Part shown: in pieces, positions 1 through 9,594 of the stretch | How positions within the stretch are numbered: position 1 is the first letter of the stretch | Layout: the number at the start of each line of letters is the position of its first letter | DNA from: Ideonella sp. | Lineage (GTDB): Bacteria > Pseudomonadota > Gammaproteobacteria > Burkholderiales > Burkholderiaceae_C | Length of the DNA: 32,000 nt | Assembly (NCBI GenBank): GCA_016702655.1 | Contig: JADJDO010000001.1 | Coordinates: forward strand, 489,316-521,315 | Direction of reading: 5' to 3' | The notes under the pieces: generated by a model | Told to the model about the DNA's origin: nothing | The model's input: the letters and a program-made list of their open reading frames with translations, nothing else | The model's database searches: none | Program-made: the position numbers and the translations under genes

Positions 1-806
1 CGCACGAACTTGTGGCCCCTGCGCTCCAACTCTCGATCCACTTCGTCGAGCAGCACGTTGGCCAGCAACGGGCTCAGCGGCCCGCCCTGCGGCGTGCCCT
101 CGAACCTCTCGCTTTGCACCCCGTGCGCCAGGATGCCCGCTTGCAGGTAGCGCCGGATCAGCCGCAGCACCCGCTTGTCCGCAATCCGCTTGGCCAGCCG
201 GTCCATCAGGATGTCGTGGTTGACGCGGTCGAAGAATTTCTCCAGGTCCACGTCCACCACCACGCGATAGCCGGCCTGCACGTACTGCTGCGCCTCCAAC
301 ACCGCGCCGTGCGCGCTTCGCCCCGGCCGGAAGCCGTGGCTGTGCGCGCTGAACGTCGGGTCGATGAGCGGTTGCAGCACTTGCAGCAGCGCCTGCTGGA
401 TCAACCTGTCCACCACGGTCGGTATCCCCAGCTCGCGTGTCCCGCCTCCCGGCTTGGCGATGCCCACGCGGCGCACCGCAGCGGGCCGGTAGCTGCCGTC
501 GAGCAATGCGGCTCGGATGCCGGGCCACGCTGTGCTGAGATATTCGCCCGTCTCCAGCACCGTGCGTCCATCGACGCCGGCACTGCCCTTGTTGGCCTTG
601 ACGCGTTTCCACGCCGCCGCCATGTTCTCTCTGGCCAGCGCCTGCCCCAGCAGGTCACCAGCCCCGCAGTCCGTTTGTGCATGCCGCGCCAGCGTGGCTT
701 CATCGCTCACGGCTTCAGGCGCAGCTTCACCGCGCCCCGCCCCCGTGCGCCCCAGTCCACCTCGCGGCTTCGCGGGCTTCTGATGCATTGCCTTGCCAAG
801 CGTCAT
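1..806 (-). CDS. ltrA: Group II intron reverse transcriptase/maturase (3'-partial; missing from the ORF track because it has no stop in the window)
   Basis: My minus-strand translation: MTLGKAMHQKPAKP...AAAWKRVKANKGSAGVDGRTV...GIAKPGGGTRELGIPTVVDRLIQQALLQVLQPLIDPTFSAHSHGFRPGRSAHGAV...VVDVDLEKFFDRVNHDILMDRLAKRI...GTPQGGPLSPLLANVLLDEVDRELERRGHKFV. These are RT domains 0-5 typical of group II intron ORFs. It reads through for 268 codons. Confidence 0.9.
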   Translation of the reverse strand, partial: MTLGKAMHQKPAKPRGGLGRTGAGRGEAAPEAVSDEATLARHAQTDCGAGDLLGQALARENMAAAWKRVKANKGSAGVDGRTVLETGEYLSTAWPGIRAALLDGSYRPAAVRRVGIAKPGGGTRELGIPTVVDRLIQQALLQVLQPLIDPTFSAHSHGFRPGRSAHGAVLEAQQYVQAGYRVVVDVDLEKFFDRVNHDILMDRLAKRIADKRVLRLIRRYLQAGILAHGVQSERFEGTPQGGPLSPLLANVLLDEVDRELERRGHKFV

Positions 807-1193
807 GTCGCGTGACTGTCCTCTCGTTCGGCCCTTACGGCCTCTGCGGCCTGCCTCGACTACTACGGCCCTTGCTGACTTCTCGCTCCGGTTCACAGCC
901 GTCGCCCTTTCAGGCACGAGGCGAGATCTCCCCAGGTAAGAACGCGATCCTTCACCGCACAACCGCCGCATCTACGTCGCCTGGCCCTTGGCCACAAGAG
1001 CTTTGCAGTAGACAGCCTGCTCGCCCTGGCCGGCGCCGCCTCATATGCCATTCGTGTTCCTCGGCTCACGGTTTGCGCTCCACGCTTCCTCCCCACGCTC
1101 GGTCACCCTCGCGCAGTTGCGCTTCGCTTGCCTCGCTGTGGCCAGCTCGGCCGGGGACTCGCACCCCGAAGATCGCGCCCATGCTGGGCGCAC
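1..1193 (-). mobile_element. Group II intron, 5' portion (5' splice junction through the RT domain; the remainder lies beyond the window start)
   Basis: Read downward from 1193, the minus strand gives GTGCGCCCAGCATGGGCG..., the canonical GUGCG intron 5' end. About 390 nt of GC-rich structured sequence follows, then the intron-encoded RT ORF (ATG at 806). The 5' boundary rests on motif reading only. Confidence 0.8.
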
Positions 1194-1203
1194 TGTCCCC
1201 GCC

Positions 1204-1225
1204 GCCCGCCGGCGCGCCGGCAGGC
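1204..1225. other. GC-rich hairpin lying 10 nt upstream (minus-strand sense) of the intron insertion point
   Basis: Minus strand GCCTGCCGGCG/CGCCGGCGGGC forms 11-nt arms with one G:U pair. GGCGGGGACA follows, then the intron GTGCG. Confidence 0.5.
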
Positions 1226-1371
1226 GTCTCCTCCTCTACCTGCGGCATCCGGTCACCCGGCGTCCTCGACCCGGCCGCTTCGGCGCGCTGCCCAGGTAGG
1301 CTGCGCGCGCCTTGGCGGTGCTACGAGCGTCAGGGTGGGCTGGCGCGTTCTGCGCAGGTAAAGGAGGAGAC

Positions 1372-1389
1372 GCCAGCCCTCAGGCTGGC
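1372..1389 (-). terminator. Possible terminator hairpin downstream of cls
   Basis: GCCAGCC-ctca-GGCTGGC is a perfect 7-bp stem. On the minus strand it is followed by GTCTCCTCCTTT, which is only moderately T-rich. Confidence 0.3.
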
Positions 1390-1599
1390 GCCGGGGGAGA
1401 GAGCCCAGGCACGGAGCAGAGCGCGCCGGTTCGCCCTGACGATCTCGCGCCGAGCCCCGCATGCGCGTTCTCGGGCAGTGCGACCGATTCGAGTTGGAGC
1501 GCAGACGCGACACCCCGTCCCATGCGATTGAATGCACAGCCGCATGAATCGAGGGGGTCCGGTCCGCTTCTCGCGTCACCATGCCCGGCGAGCCGGACG

Positions 1600-3057
1600 C
1601 TACAACAGCGGCGCAACGAGCGACGCCACGCCTTCGAGCAGGCGCGCGTGGCGCGGCCTCGCACCCCAGGCGGCCGCGTCGACCGCACGCGCGCTGCGCA
1701 GGTAGCTCCGCTGCAGGGCGGACAGCGCGGCATTGAACTCGGCGTCGTAGACGGCGAGCATCAGCTCGAAGTTCAGGTGCAGGCTGCGCATGTCGAGGTT
1801 GACGGTGCCGAAGAGCGCGAAGGCATCGTCGACGGTCACGCTCTTGGTGTGCAGCAGGCCACCCTCGAACTGCAGCACCTGCGCGCCGGCGGCGAGCAGG
1901 TCGTCGAAAAAGGCCCGGCTGGCGTAGGTGACGAGGATCGAGTCGTTGACCGCAGGCAGGATGATCTGCACCAGGACGCCGCGCAGCGCCGCGTTCTGCA
2001 GCGCGAGCGCGAGCGCCGGATCGGGGACGAAGTAGGGCGTCGTCAGCACCACGCGCTCGCGCGCGGCGGCAACGGCATCGACGAGGATGCGCAGGTTGGC
2101 CGCGCTCTCGATGCCCGGCCCCGACGGCACGACCTGCACCTGCGCCGCGCCGCGCACCGCGCGCCGCGCCTCGAATGCCGCGTCGCCCGAGGGCGAGAAC
2201 GCAACGCCGGTCTGCAGGCTCCAGTCGAACAGGAACACCGCGCGCAGCGCCGCCACCGCCGGGCCTTCGATGCGCACCATGGCGTCTATCCATTCGCCCA
2301 CGCCGGCGTCCTGCTTGAAGAAGCGCGGATCGACGAGGTTCATGCTGCCGGTGTAGGCGATGTGCTCATCGACGACGACGATCTTGCGGTGCAGGCGCAG
2401 GTCGGCGCGACGCCAGATCATGCCGAGCGGGCCGATCGCGAGTGCCGCCTCGAGCACGATGCCGGCCTTGCGCATCCGAGCCGGTGCAGCGGTCTTCAGG
2501 AAGGCCTTGCTGCCGAGCGCATCGAGCAGCACGCGGCAGTGCAGGCCGCGCTGCGCGGCGCGTTCGAGTGCCGCCTGCACCTCGTCGGCGACGCCACCGG
2601 CGTTCCAGATATAGAAGGCCAGGTCGACACTGTGTACGGCAGCATCGATGTCGGCGACGATTGCGCGCAGGATGGCCTCGGCGCCATCGTGCAGCGCGAG
2701 CGTCGAGCCGCCGAGCACCGGCAGGCGGCTCGTCCGGTGCGCGAGCCGCGCCAATCCGCGCCAGCACGGCGCGAGCGCGGCCGGATCGACGACATCGGCC
2801 GCCCACAGCGGCGGCGCGACCTCGGCGATGTGGCGGTAGAACGCATGCGCGCGGCGCAGGCGCCGGCGCCCGATCGGGCGCTCGCCAAACAGCGCGTACA
2901 GCACCAGGCCTGCCAGCGGCAGCACCACGACCAGGAACAACCAGGCGAAGGCGCTGCCCGCCGGCCGGCGCACCCAGATCACGCGCAGGCCGACGCCGAA
3001 CGCGATCGAAAGGTGGCCCGCGATGCCCGCTGCTGCGGCGAGGCTGTCGATGTTCAC
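1600..3057 (-). CDS. cls: Cardiolipin synthase (PLD superfamily, two HKD motifs)
   Basis: 485 aa. N-terminal TM segments; HKD motifs HRKIVVVDEHIAYTGSMN and LHTKSVTVDDAFALFGTVNLD. The GTG start overlaps the upstream stop as GTGA (3054-3057). Confidence 0.9.
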   Translation of the reverse strand: MNIDSLAAAAGIAGHLSIAFGVGLRVIWVRRPAGSAFAWLFLVVVLPLAGLVLYALFGERPIGRRRLRRAHAFYRHIAEVAPPLWAADVVDPAALAPCWRGLARLAHRTSRLPVLGGSTLALHDGAEAILRAIVADIDAAVHSVDLAFYIWNAGGVADEVQAALERAAQRGLHCRVLLDALGSKAFLKTAAPARMRKAGIVLEAALAIGPLGMIWRRADLRLHRKIVVVDEHIAYTGSMNLVDPRFFKQDAGVGEWIDAMVRIEGPAVAALRAVFLFDWSLQTGVAFSPSGDAAFEARRAVRGAAQVQVVPSGPGIESAANLRILVDAVAAARERVVLTTPYFVPDPALALALQNAALRGVLVQIILPAVNDSILVTYASRAFFDDLLAAGAQVLQFEGGLLHTKSVTVDDAFALFGTVNLDMRSLHLNFELMLAVYDAEFNAALSALQRSYLRSARAVDAAAWGARPRHARLLEGVASLVAPLL

Positions 3058-4169
3058 GGGGTGGCTTGCGCAGCGCCGAACGCCGCGACGAAAGCCCGGT
3101 CGATGCGGTCCTTCCAGCGCCAGGCCCAGCGGCCCTCGGCTGCCAGTGCACCCCAGGAGACGATTGCGCGCTGTTCGCCGCAGGCGAGCAGGTTGAGCGA
3201 GCGCCGCTGCGGCCGGTAGGCTTGCATGCCGGCTCCGCGATGAGCAACGCAGCGCCGCAGATTGGCTGCCAGCGGCGGCCCGGCACGCACCGCGTAGACG
3301 CCGCTGCGCGGCCGTGGCGCGTCGACACGCGAGGCAATGTCGCCGGCGGCGAAGACCTCGCCGTGCGACACGCTCTGCAGCGTCGGGCCGGTCTCGATGA
3401 AGCCCTGCGCATCAAGCGCGAGGCCGCTCGCGCCCAGCCACTGGGGAGCGCCACCACCGACCGCGATCACGGCCGCGTCGCAGGCCAGGCGCTCGCCGCT
3501 GCCGAGCTCGACTGCGTTGCGATGCAGGGCCCGGCATGGCGCGCGATGAACACGTACGCCGTGGCGGGCAAGGGCCCGCAGCCCCAAGCGCTGCACCGCG
3601 CGCGGGTACAGCGCAAGCGGGCCGGCCGCGCCGCTGACCAGATCCACCGGCGCGCGCAGGCGCCAGCGCAGCGCCAGCGCGAGTTCGAAGCCCGCAGCTC
3701 CGCCGCCCACGACGGCGATCGGCGCTCCCGGTTCGGGCTGCGCGGCGCGGCGCGCCATCAGTTCGCCCAGGCGCAGCGCGAACGCCTCGATCGGGCGCAC
3801 GAACAGGCCATGTTCGCGCGCACCGGGGATCGCGTCGCGATCCATCGCCGAGCCGATGTCGACGCTCAGCGCGTCGTAGCCGAGTTCGCGCCCATCGGCC
3901 AGGCGCAGGAGGCGCGCGCCGGCATCGAGCGCACAGGCGGCGCCCTGCACGAACTCGACGCCAGCCTGGGCAGCCAGCGGCGCAAGGGCGATCGAGCAGT
4001 CGGCAGCGCTGTAGTGACCTGCCACCAGCCCCGGCACCATGCCCGAGTAGAGCAGCCTGGGCGAGGGCGTGACGAGCCAGATGCGCGCGCCGCGCACCGG
4101 CTCGCGGGCGAACGCGCGCAGCACCTGCAGGTGGGCGTGGCCGCCGCCCAGCAGCACGAGCCGCTTCAT
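3054..4169 (-). CDS. FAD-dependent pyridine nucleotide-disulfide oxidoreductase
   Basis: I chose the start MKRLVLLGGGHAHLQVL (ATG at 4169), a Rossmann GGGxAH motif. A second dinucleotide motif is IAVVGGGAAGFELA, and AAGDIA lies near the C-terminus. The track ORF start at 4307 looks like an upstream over-extension. Confidence 0.8.
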   Translation of the reverse strand: MKRLVLLGGGHAHLQVLRAFAREPVRGARIWLVTPSPRLLYSGMVPGLVAGHYSAADCSIALAPLAAQAGVEFVQGAACALDAGARLLRLADGRELGYDALSVDIGSAMDRDAIPGAREHGLFVRPIEAFALRLGELMARRAAQPEPGAPIAVVGGGAAGFELALALRWRLRAPVDLVSGAAGPLALYPRAVQRLGLRALARHGVRVHRAPCRALHRNAVELGSGERLACDAAVIAVGGGAPQWLGASGLALDAQGFIETGPTLQSVSHGEVFAAGDIASRVDAPRPRSGVYAVRAGPPLAANLRRCVAHRGAGMQAYRPQRRSLNLLACGEQRAIVSWGALAAEGRWAWRWKDRIDRAFVAAFGAAQATP

Positions 4170-4194
4170 CGGCTGCGGGCGCGCGCTGACGGCG

Positions 4195-4935
4195 TCAAGG
4201 ATCGAGCTGGATGTTGGCGACGTAGCTGACGCTGCGCGACTTGGTGTTGTCGGCGTCGGCGCCGATCGCGATGCCCATGACGGGCGGCACCTTCGGGCTC
4301 TCGGCACCGAACAGCTTCGTGAAGTCGGCCATCACGTTGCGCTTCTCGGACTTCCACTGCCCGATCTTGGCCGGGCCGCTCTCGAGCACGATGTAGCGCA
4401 TGCGACGCGTGAAGGCGTTGTCGAGCTCGGTACCCACCGGCAGCGCGTTGTCCCAGACGTAACACACGGTCGCGTTGGGCAGCGGGTCGGTGGTCTTGCT
4501 CTGCGCGATCTTCTGCAGCTGGCGTTCGACGAAGGGCACGAGGTCGAGCGGCATGTCGAAGAACACGCACACCTTGACCGCCGTGTCGTCGCCCTGGCGC
4601 GTGCGCAGGTCGGCAGCCGGAATCGGCGTCTCGACCTTCCACTGCCACGACAGCGACGCCTTGGGCCCGCTGAACTTCAACGGGTGCACGATGTTGCCGT
4701 ACGACTCCTGGGCCTCGACGCGCACCGCCTTGCGGCCGTCGATCTCGACGATCGAGAAGCGCGTCTTGGGCTTGGTCTGCCCCGGCAATCCGATGAAGCC
4801 CCAGGGTGCCGGCGCCTCGGGCGCCGACTCCTTGAACGGGGCGAGTTCGGTCGCCTCGGCGCCGCGCGCCTGCGGCGCCAGCAAGGCGCCGCTCAGCAGG
4901 GCAAGGCAGGCGAGATGCGATCGCTTCACAGTCAT
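4195..4935 (-). CDS. Secreted DUF3047-family protein
   Basis: Start MTVKRSHLACLALLSGALLAPQARGAEA (signal peptide) with a GAGG RBS. Contains SLSWQWKVE...RTRQGDDTAVKVCVFFD, typical of DUF3047. Confidence 0.7.
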   Translation of the reverse strand: MTVKRSHLACLALLSGALLAPQARGAEATELAPFKESAPEAPAPWGFIGLPGQTKPKTRFSIVEIDGRKAVRVEAQESYGNIVHPLKFSGPKASLSWQWKVETPIPAADLRTRQGDDTAVKVCVFFDMPLDLVPFVERQLQKIAQSKTTDPLPNATVCYVWDNALPVGTELDNAFTRRMRYIVLESGPAKIGQWKSEKRNVMADFTKLFGAESPKVPPVMGIAIGADADNTKSRSVSYVANIQLDP

Positions 4936-5044
4936 GGGAACCTCGGCTGAAACGGATGGCTGCGCAGCGGCAGTACTGGGCGGGGGCAATCCTAATCCAG
5001 TTGCCCGATCGCCGCAGCGCGTGCTTTCATCCACCGGTCGGCTC

Positions 5045-7200
5045 TCAGCCGCGCCGCCAGGCGTGGTAGCGCGCCACCCATTCGAGCAGCTTCGCCGGCG
5101 CGTGGTTGCGCTTCCACTCGCCGGCGGCGTATTTGTTGGCCTCGGCAAGCGTCGGGTAGATGTGGATCGTGCCCAGAATCCTGTTCAGGCCGATGCCCTG
5201 CTTCATGGCGAGCACGAATTCGGCAATCAGGTCTGCCGCATGCTCGCCAACGATGGTCGCGCCCAGGATGCGGTCCTTGCCGGGCACGGTGAGCACCTTC
5301 ACGAAGCCCTGCGCAGCGCCGTCGGCAATCGCGCGGTCCAGGTCGTCGATGCCGTATCGCGTGACCTCGACCGCGATGCCCTTGTCTGCAGCCTCCCGTT
5401 CGTTCAGGCCGACGCGCGCGACCTCGGGAGCGATGAAGGTCGCCTGCGGGATCACCGCATAGTCGGCCTTGAAGCGCCTGAGGTTGCCGAACAGCGCATT
5501 GACCGCCGCATACCAGGCCTGGTGCGCGGCAACGTGCGTGAACTGGTACGGCCCGGCGGCGTCGCCGGCGGCGTAGATGTTGGGGTAGATCGTCTCGAGG
5601 TATTCGTTGGTCGCTATCGTGCGCCCGGTCGGGATGCCGAGTTCCTCGAGCCCGTAGCCCTCGAGCCGGGCCACGCGGCCGACGGCGCAGATCAGCGCGT
5701 CGAACTCGATCCGGCGCTCGCCGCCCGCGGCTTCGACGACGATGAACTTCGTGCCTTCGCCCTCGTCGCGCCCGCAGCGCAGCGCCTGGTGGCCGGCGAG
5801 CACTTCGACGCCGTCGCGTTCGAGCGCCCTGCGCGCGAAGTCCGACACCTCTGCATCCTCGCGCGACAGCAGGCGCGGCAGCATCTCGACCTGGGTGACC
5901 TGCGAGCCCAGGCGCGCAAAGGCCTGCGCGAGCTCGCAGCCTATCGGCCCGCCGCCGAGCACGACCAGCCGCCGGGGCAGCGTACGCAGGCCCCACAGCG
6001 TGTCGGAGGTGAGCGCGCCCACATCGGCCAGCCCCGGCAATGGCGGCATGACCGGTCGCGCGCCGGTAGCAAGCACGATGCTGCGCGCGCTCAGGGTCTG
6101 CAGCGTGCCATCGGAGCGCGTGACCTCGACCGCCCACGGGCTGACGAGCCGCGCATGGCCGGCCACGACATCGACGCCGAGCGCGGTGTAGCGCGCCACC
6201 GAGTCGTGCGGCTCGATGGCCGCGATCACGCGCTCGATGCGCGCCATCACCGCGCCGAAGTCGACCGGCGCATCGTGCGGCGCGAGCCCGTACTCGCCCG
6301 CATGGCGCATCTGGTGCGCGAGCCGGGCCGAACGGATCAGCGCCTTGCTCGGCACGCAGCCGAAGTTCAGGCAGTCGCCGCCCATCCTGTGCGCCTCGAC
6401 GAGCGTCACCCTGGCCTTGACGGCCGCCGCGATGTAGCTCGTCACCAACCCCGCCGCGCCGGCGCCGATCACGATCAGGTTGCGGTCGAAGCGGCGCGGC
6501 CGCGCCGCCTTCCAGCGCGCATAGACCTTGCGCCTGTTGACCGCATCGACGATGCGCCGCGCGATCAACGGGAACACGCCGAGCAGCACGAACGAGCCGA
6601 TGAGTGCCGGCGAGAGGATGCCTTGCAACGACTCGATGCGCGCCAGTTGCGTGCCCGCGTTCACGTAGACCACGGTGCCGGCCAGCATGCCGAGCTGGCT
6701 CACCCAGTAGAAGGTCGCGGCGCGCATCGTCGTCAGGCCGAGCGCGAGGTTGATGACGAAGAACGGCACCAGCGGCACGAGGCGCAGCGTGAAGAGGTAG
6801 AACGCGCCCTCCTTGGCCACGCCGCGGTCGATCTCGGCCAGCCTTGGCCCGAAGCGCGCCTGCACGCCTCGCGCAGCACGTAGCGCGACGCCAGGAAGGC
6901 CAGCGTTGCGCCGAGGCTGGACGCGAACGAGACGATCACCGTGCCCGCGACGAGGCCGAAGATCGCGCCCGCCGCGAGCGTCATCACCGCCGCTCCGGGG
7001 ATCGACAGCGCGGTCACGGCGACGTAGACGGCGAAGTAGGCCCCGGCAACGAGCAGCGGGTTGGCGTCGTAGAGCGCAACGAACTCGTCCTGGCGCGCCT
7101 TCAGCGTGGCGAGGCTCAGCCAGCGCCCGAGGTCGAACACGAAGAAAGCGGCAACCAGCGCGACCAGCACCAAGGCAATGAGCAGCTTCTTCTTCGGCAT
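5045..7200 (-). pseudogene. TVP38/TMEM64 (DedA-like) membrane domain fused to a mercuric-reductase/dihydrolipoamide-dehydrogenase-like FAD oxidoreductase; one frameshift
   Basis: The N-terminal part is ORF 6733..7200 (MPKKKLLIALVLVALV...FLASRYVLRE). It continues in another frame as VQARFGPRLAEIDRGVAKEGAFYLFTLRLVPLVPFF... then IVIGAGAAGL...GGDCLNFGCVPSK (redox-active CxxxxC)...GEHAADLI. The frame changes near 6868 (CTGCGCGAG|GCGTGCAGG). Confidence 0.8.
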
Positions 7201-7257
7201 GGGCTTCCTGTGCGGCGTCGGTCGCGACGCTGCGGCGCACCTTACCGCAAGCGAGGT

Positions 7258-7872
7258 TCAGGGCCGGTCGGCGAGGCTGCGCCACCCTGCCGCGAGCCGG
7301 GACAGGATCGTCAGCCCGCACAGCGCGGCAAAGCCGTAGGCCCACCACGCGAACTGGCGCGGCCACAGGCACATCAGCGCGAAGCAGGCGATGGTCTCGG
7401 TGGCCTCGGTCAGGCCGCCGAGGTAGTACAGCCCCTTGGCCGGATAGGCCGCGCTCGTCATCTGGCGCCGCTCGGCCAGCACGGCGAAGGCGAGAAAGCC
7501 CGACGCGGTGCCGACGAAGGCAGCCAGCAGCACCGCCGCCGCAAGCGCGTTGGCGGGCGGGTCGGCGAGCGCGAACGCGAGCGGGATGCTGGCGTAGAAG
7601 ATGAAGTCGAGCGCGATGTCGAGAAACGCGCCGCGGTCGGTGGGCGCGGTCAGGCGCGCCACCGCGCCGTCGAGCCCGTCGGCAACGCGGCTCGCGAGCA
7701 GCAGTGCAAGACCGAGCGCGAAATGCTGCTGCGCGATCGCCGCGGCCGATGCGATGCCGATCGCGAAGCCGGCCCAGGTGATCGCGTCGGCACCGACGCC
7801 GGCGCGAACGAACAGGCGGGCCGCTCCGTCGAGTGCCGGCTTGAGCATGGCAATGGCGACGCGGTCAAGCAT
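7258..7872 (-). CDS. CDP-alcohol phosphatidyltransferase family protein
   Basis: Start MLDRVAIAMLKP (ATG at 7872). Carries the motif region ASRVADGLDGAVARL...DIALDFIFY and several TM segments. Confidence 0.75.
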   Translation of the reverse strand: MLDRVAIAMLKPALDGAARLFVRAGVGADAITWAGFAIGIASAAAIAQQHFALGLALLLASRVADGLDGAVARLTAPTDRGAFLDIALDFIFYASIPLAFALADPPANALAAAVLLAAFVGTASGFLAFAVLAERRQMTSAAYPAKGLYYLGGLTEATETIACFALMCLWPRQFAWWAYGFAALCGLTILSRLAAGWRSLADRP

Positions 7873-7947
7873 TGCGCGGCAATCGATGGCGGCGCTGCAC
7901 AAAGCCAGGCCGGTCGCTGGGCGGCGGCGCGCGCAAGGGGCGGCCCG

Positions 7948-8716
7948 TCAGCCGGGCAGATACTCGACGCCGCACAGCCAGCGCCAACGCAAGGCATCAG
8001 CAAGCCAGGCCGCGAAGTCGAGGCCTTCGCCGGCCGCATCGATCGCGCGCGCCAGATCGGACCCGCCGGCAAACGTTTGCATGAAGCGCAAGGCCGGCGC
8101 ATCGATCGCGCGCACGACGCCACGCCAGCCGTCGCGCGCGACGACGACGCATTCGCCCCGGCGCTGCTCGACGCGCATGCGCGCGATCGCGAATGCGCCT
8201 TCATCCGCATCGCGCGCATGCGCGGCGTGGATGCTCGCCACCGGCCAGTCCGAGGCCAGCGTGGCGACGCCGGGCATCAGGCGCAAGCGCAGCCGCGCCG
8301 GATCGGCGCTCGCGAGCAACGCGAGCGAGTCGGTGTCGCAATCGGCATCGGCAGCGCGCTCGCAGCGGTGCAACGCAAAGGTCCAGGCGCGCGCAGTCGG
8401 CGAGTAGGGCCACGCGGCAAGCCCCGGATGAGCAGCGATCCAGCCCGGCAGCGCGTCACCCCACTCGCCGAGGTCGCCGCGCTGCGGCGGATGCGCATGC
8501 CAGAACCGCGCGCCAACGCCGCGAAATCGTCTTCGCCCAGCAGCGCGGCCAGCGTCGGGCAGGCGGTCGCGAGCGCGCGCCGCGCCGAAGCATGGGCGTT
8601 GGCGCGGTAGGCCATGAGGCCCGGCGCAGCGCCGGCATCGGCGCGCGGGGCGGCGAGCGCGGCCAGCAGCGCCTGCTGGCGCAGCGCCTCGGCGTGCTCG
8701 TCGGGGCGATCGTCAT
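7948..8716 (-). pseudogene. bufC: DUF2063 protein (BufC-like partner of the MbnB-family enzyme), about 2 frameshifts
   Basis: Reading across frames gives MTIAP|[19 protein letters not shown]...[38 protein letters not shown]|[53 protein letters not shown]...WLCGVEYLPG. The proposed ATG overlaps the bufB stop as ATGA (8713-8716). Frame changes near 8704 (C/G run) and 8508. Confidence 0.7.
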
Positions 8717-9562
8717 TGCATCTGCGCTCGCCATTGCGCGCCGCGGTCGCGGCCTCCGCGAGCAGCACCTCGAGCGCAGGCAAGGCGGTGTCCCACTCGA
8801 CGAGCGTCGGCACCGGCCCGAGGTGCCGCAGCGCGTGGGCGTAGAGCTGCCAGACGACATCGCGCACGTGGCTGCCATGGTCGTCGATGACGGTCCCGAA
8901 ATCGCTCTGGTCGCAGTAGCCGGCGAGGTGGATCTCGCCGACGCTGCCCACCGGCACGGCATCGACGAAGGCGCAGCAGGCGGCGAGCGGATCGGCGGCA
9001 CCCGCGTTGAGCGCGTTGACCATCAGGTTGTTGACGTCGAGTAGCAGGCCGCAGCCGCTGCGTCTGCACAGCGCGCTGAGGAACTCGGCCTCGGGCATCT
9101 GATCGGCGTCATCCTGACCCAGGTAGGCCGAGATGTTCTCGACCAGGATCGCGCGCCCGAGGCGCTCCTGGACCTGCCCGACATGGCGCACCATCAGCGC
9201 CAGCGACGCCGGCGTGTAGGCAATCGGCAGCAGGTCGTTGGCATGCAGCACCGGGCCGCCCGCGTGCGCCGGTGCGCGCGCAAACGCGACATGGTCCGAG
9301 ACCCAGTTCGGCTGCACGCGCTCGACCAACCGCGCCAGACGATCCAGGTGCCAGGTGTCGAGGCCCGCTGCCGAGCCGAGCGCCAGGCCCACGCCGTGCA
9401 GGCTGACCGGGTAGTGCGCGCGCACCGCGGCTAGCACCGCCAGCGCCGCGCCGCCGTCGGCGAAGAAGTTCTCGGAGTGCAGTTCGACGAAGCCGAGTTC
9501 GGGCGCTGCGCGAGGAACTGCTCGTAGTGCGGCTGGCGCAGGCCGATGCCGACCTGCGCCAT
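8713..9562 (-). pseudogene. bufB: DUF692 / MbnB-TglH family iron enzyme (BufB-like), about 2 frameshifts
   Basis: [21 protein letters not shown] then a frame break. The sequence reads CGCCCGAACTC where [45 protein letters not shown] continues after restoring one G (~9500). It runs on to ...HLAGYCD...VIDDHGSHV...[24 protein letters not shown] second shift near 8740 is needed to reach the TGA at 8713. Confidence 0.8.
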
Positions 9563-9594
9563 CGTGGCGCGCGCGGCTGCCGGCACGCCGACGC

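Noticed and set aside
1-806. The RT as a retron, DGR or other defence-associated reverse transcriptase
   Set aside because: It is preceded by a GUGCG-type intron 5' end and structured RNA. Its motifs (for example GIPTVVDRLIQQA, GTPQGGPLSPLLANVLLDELD) fit group II intron RTs. No msr/msd-like or template-repeat structures were seen.
12-815. 267-aa plus-strand ORF at the window start
   Set aside because: It is antisense to a clearly recognisable group II intron RT reading frame. Its Arg/Ala/Pro-rich composition is typical of GC-rich out-of-frame ORFs.
1223-1374. The 22-bp inverted repeat as an integron attC site (a known IIC intron target)
   Set aside because: There are no RYYYAAC/GTTRRRY core sites, no integron integrase is nearby, and the arms are longer and more perfect than attC arms.
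1312-4229. Very long plus-strand ORFs (635 aa and 595 aa)
   Set aside because: They are antisense to cls and the FAD oxidoreductase, which have clear family motifs. They are low-complexity R/A/G/P sequences with no motifs.
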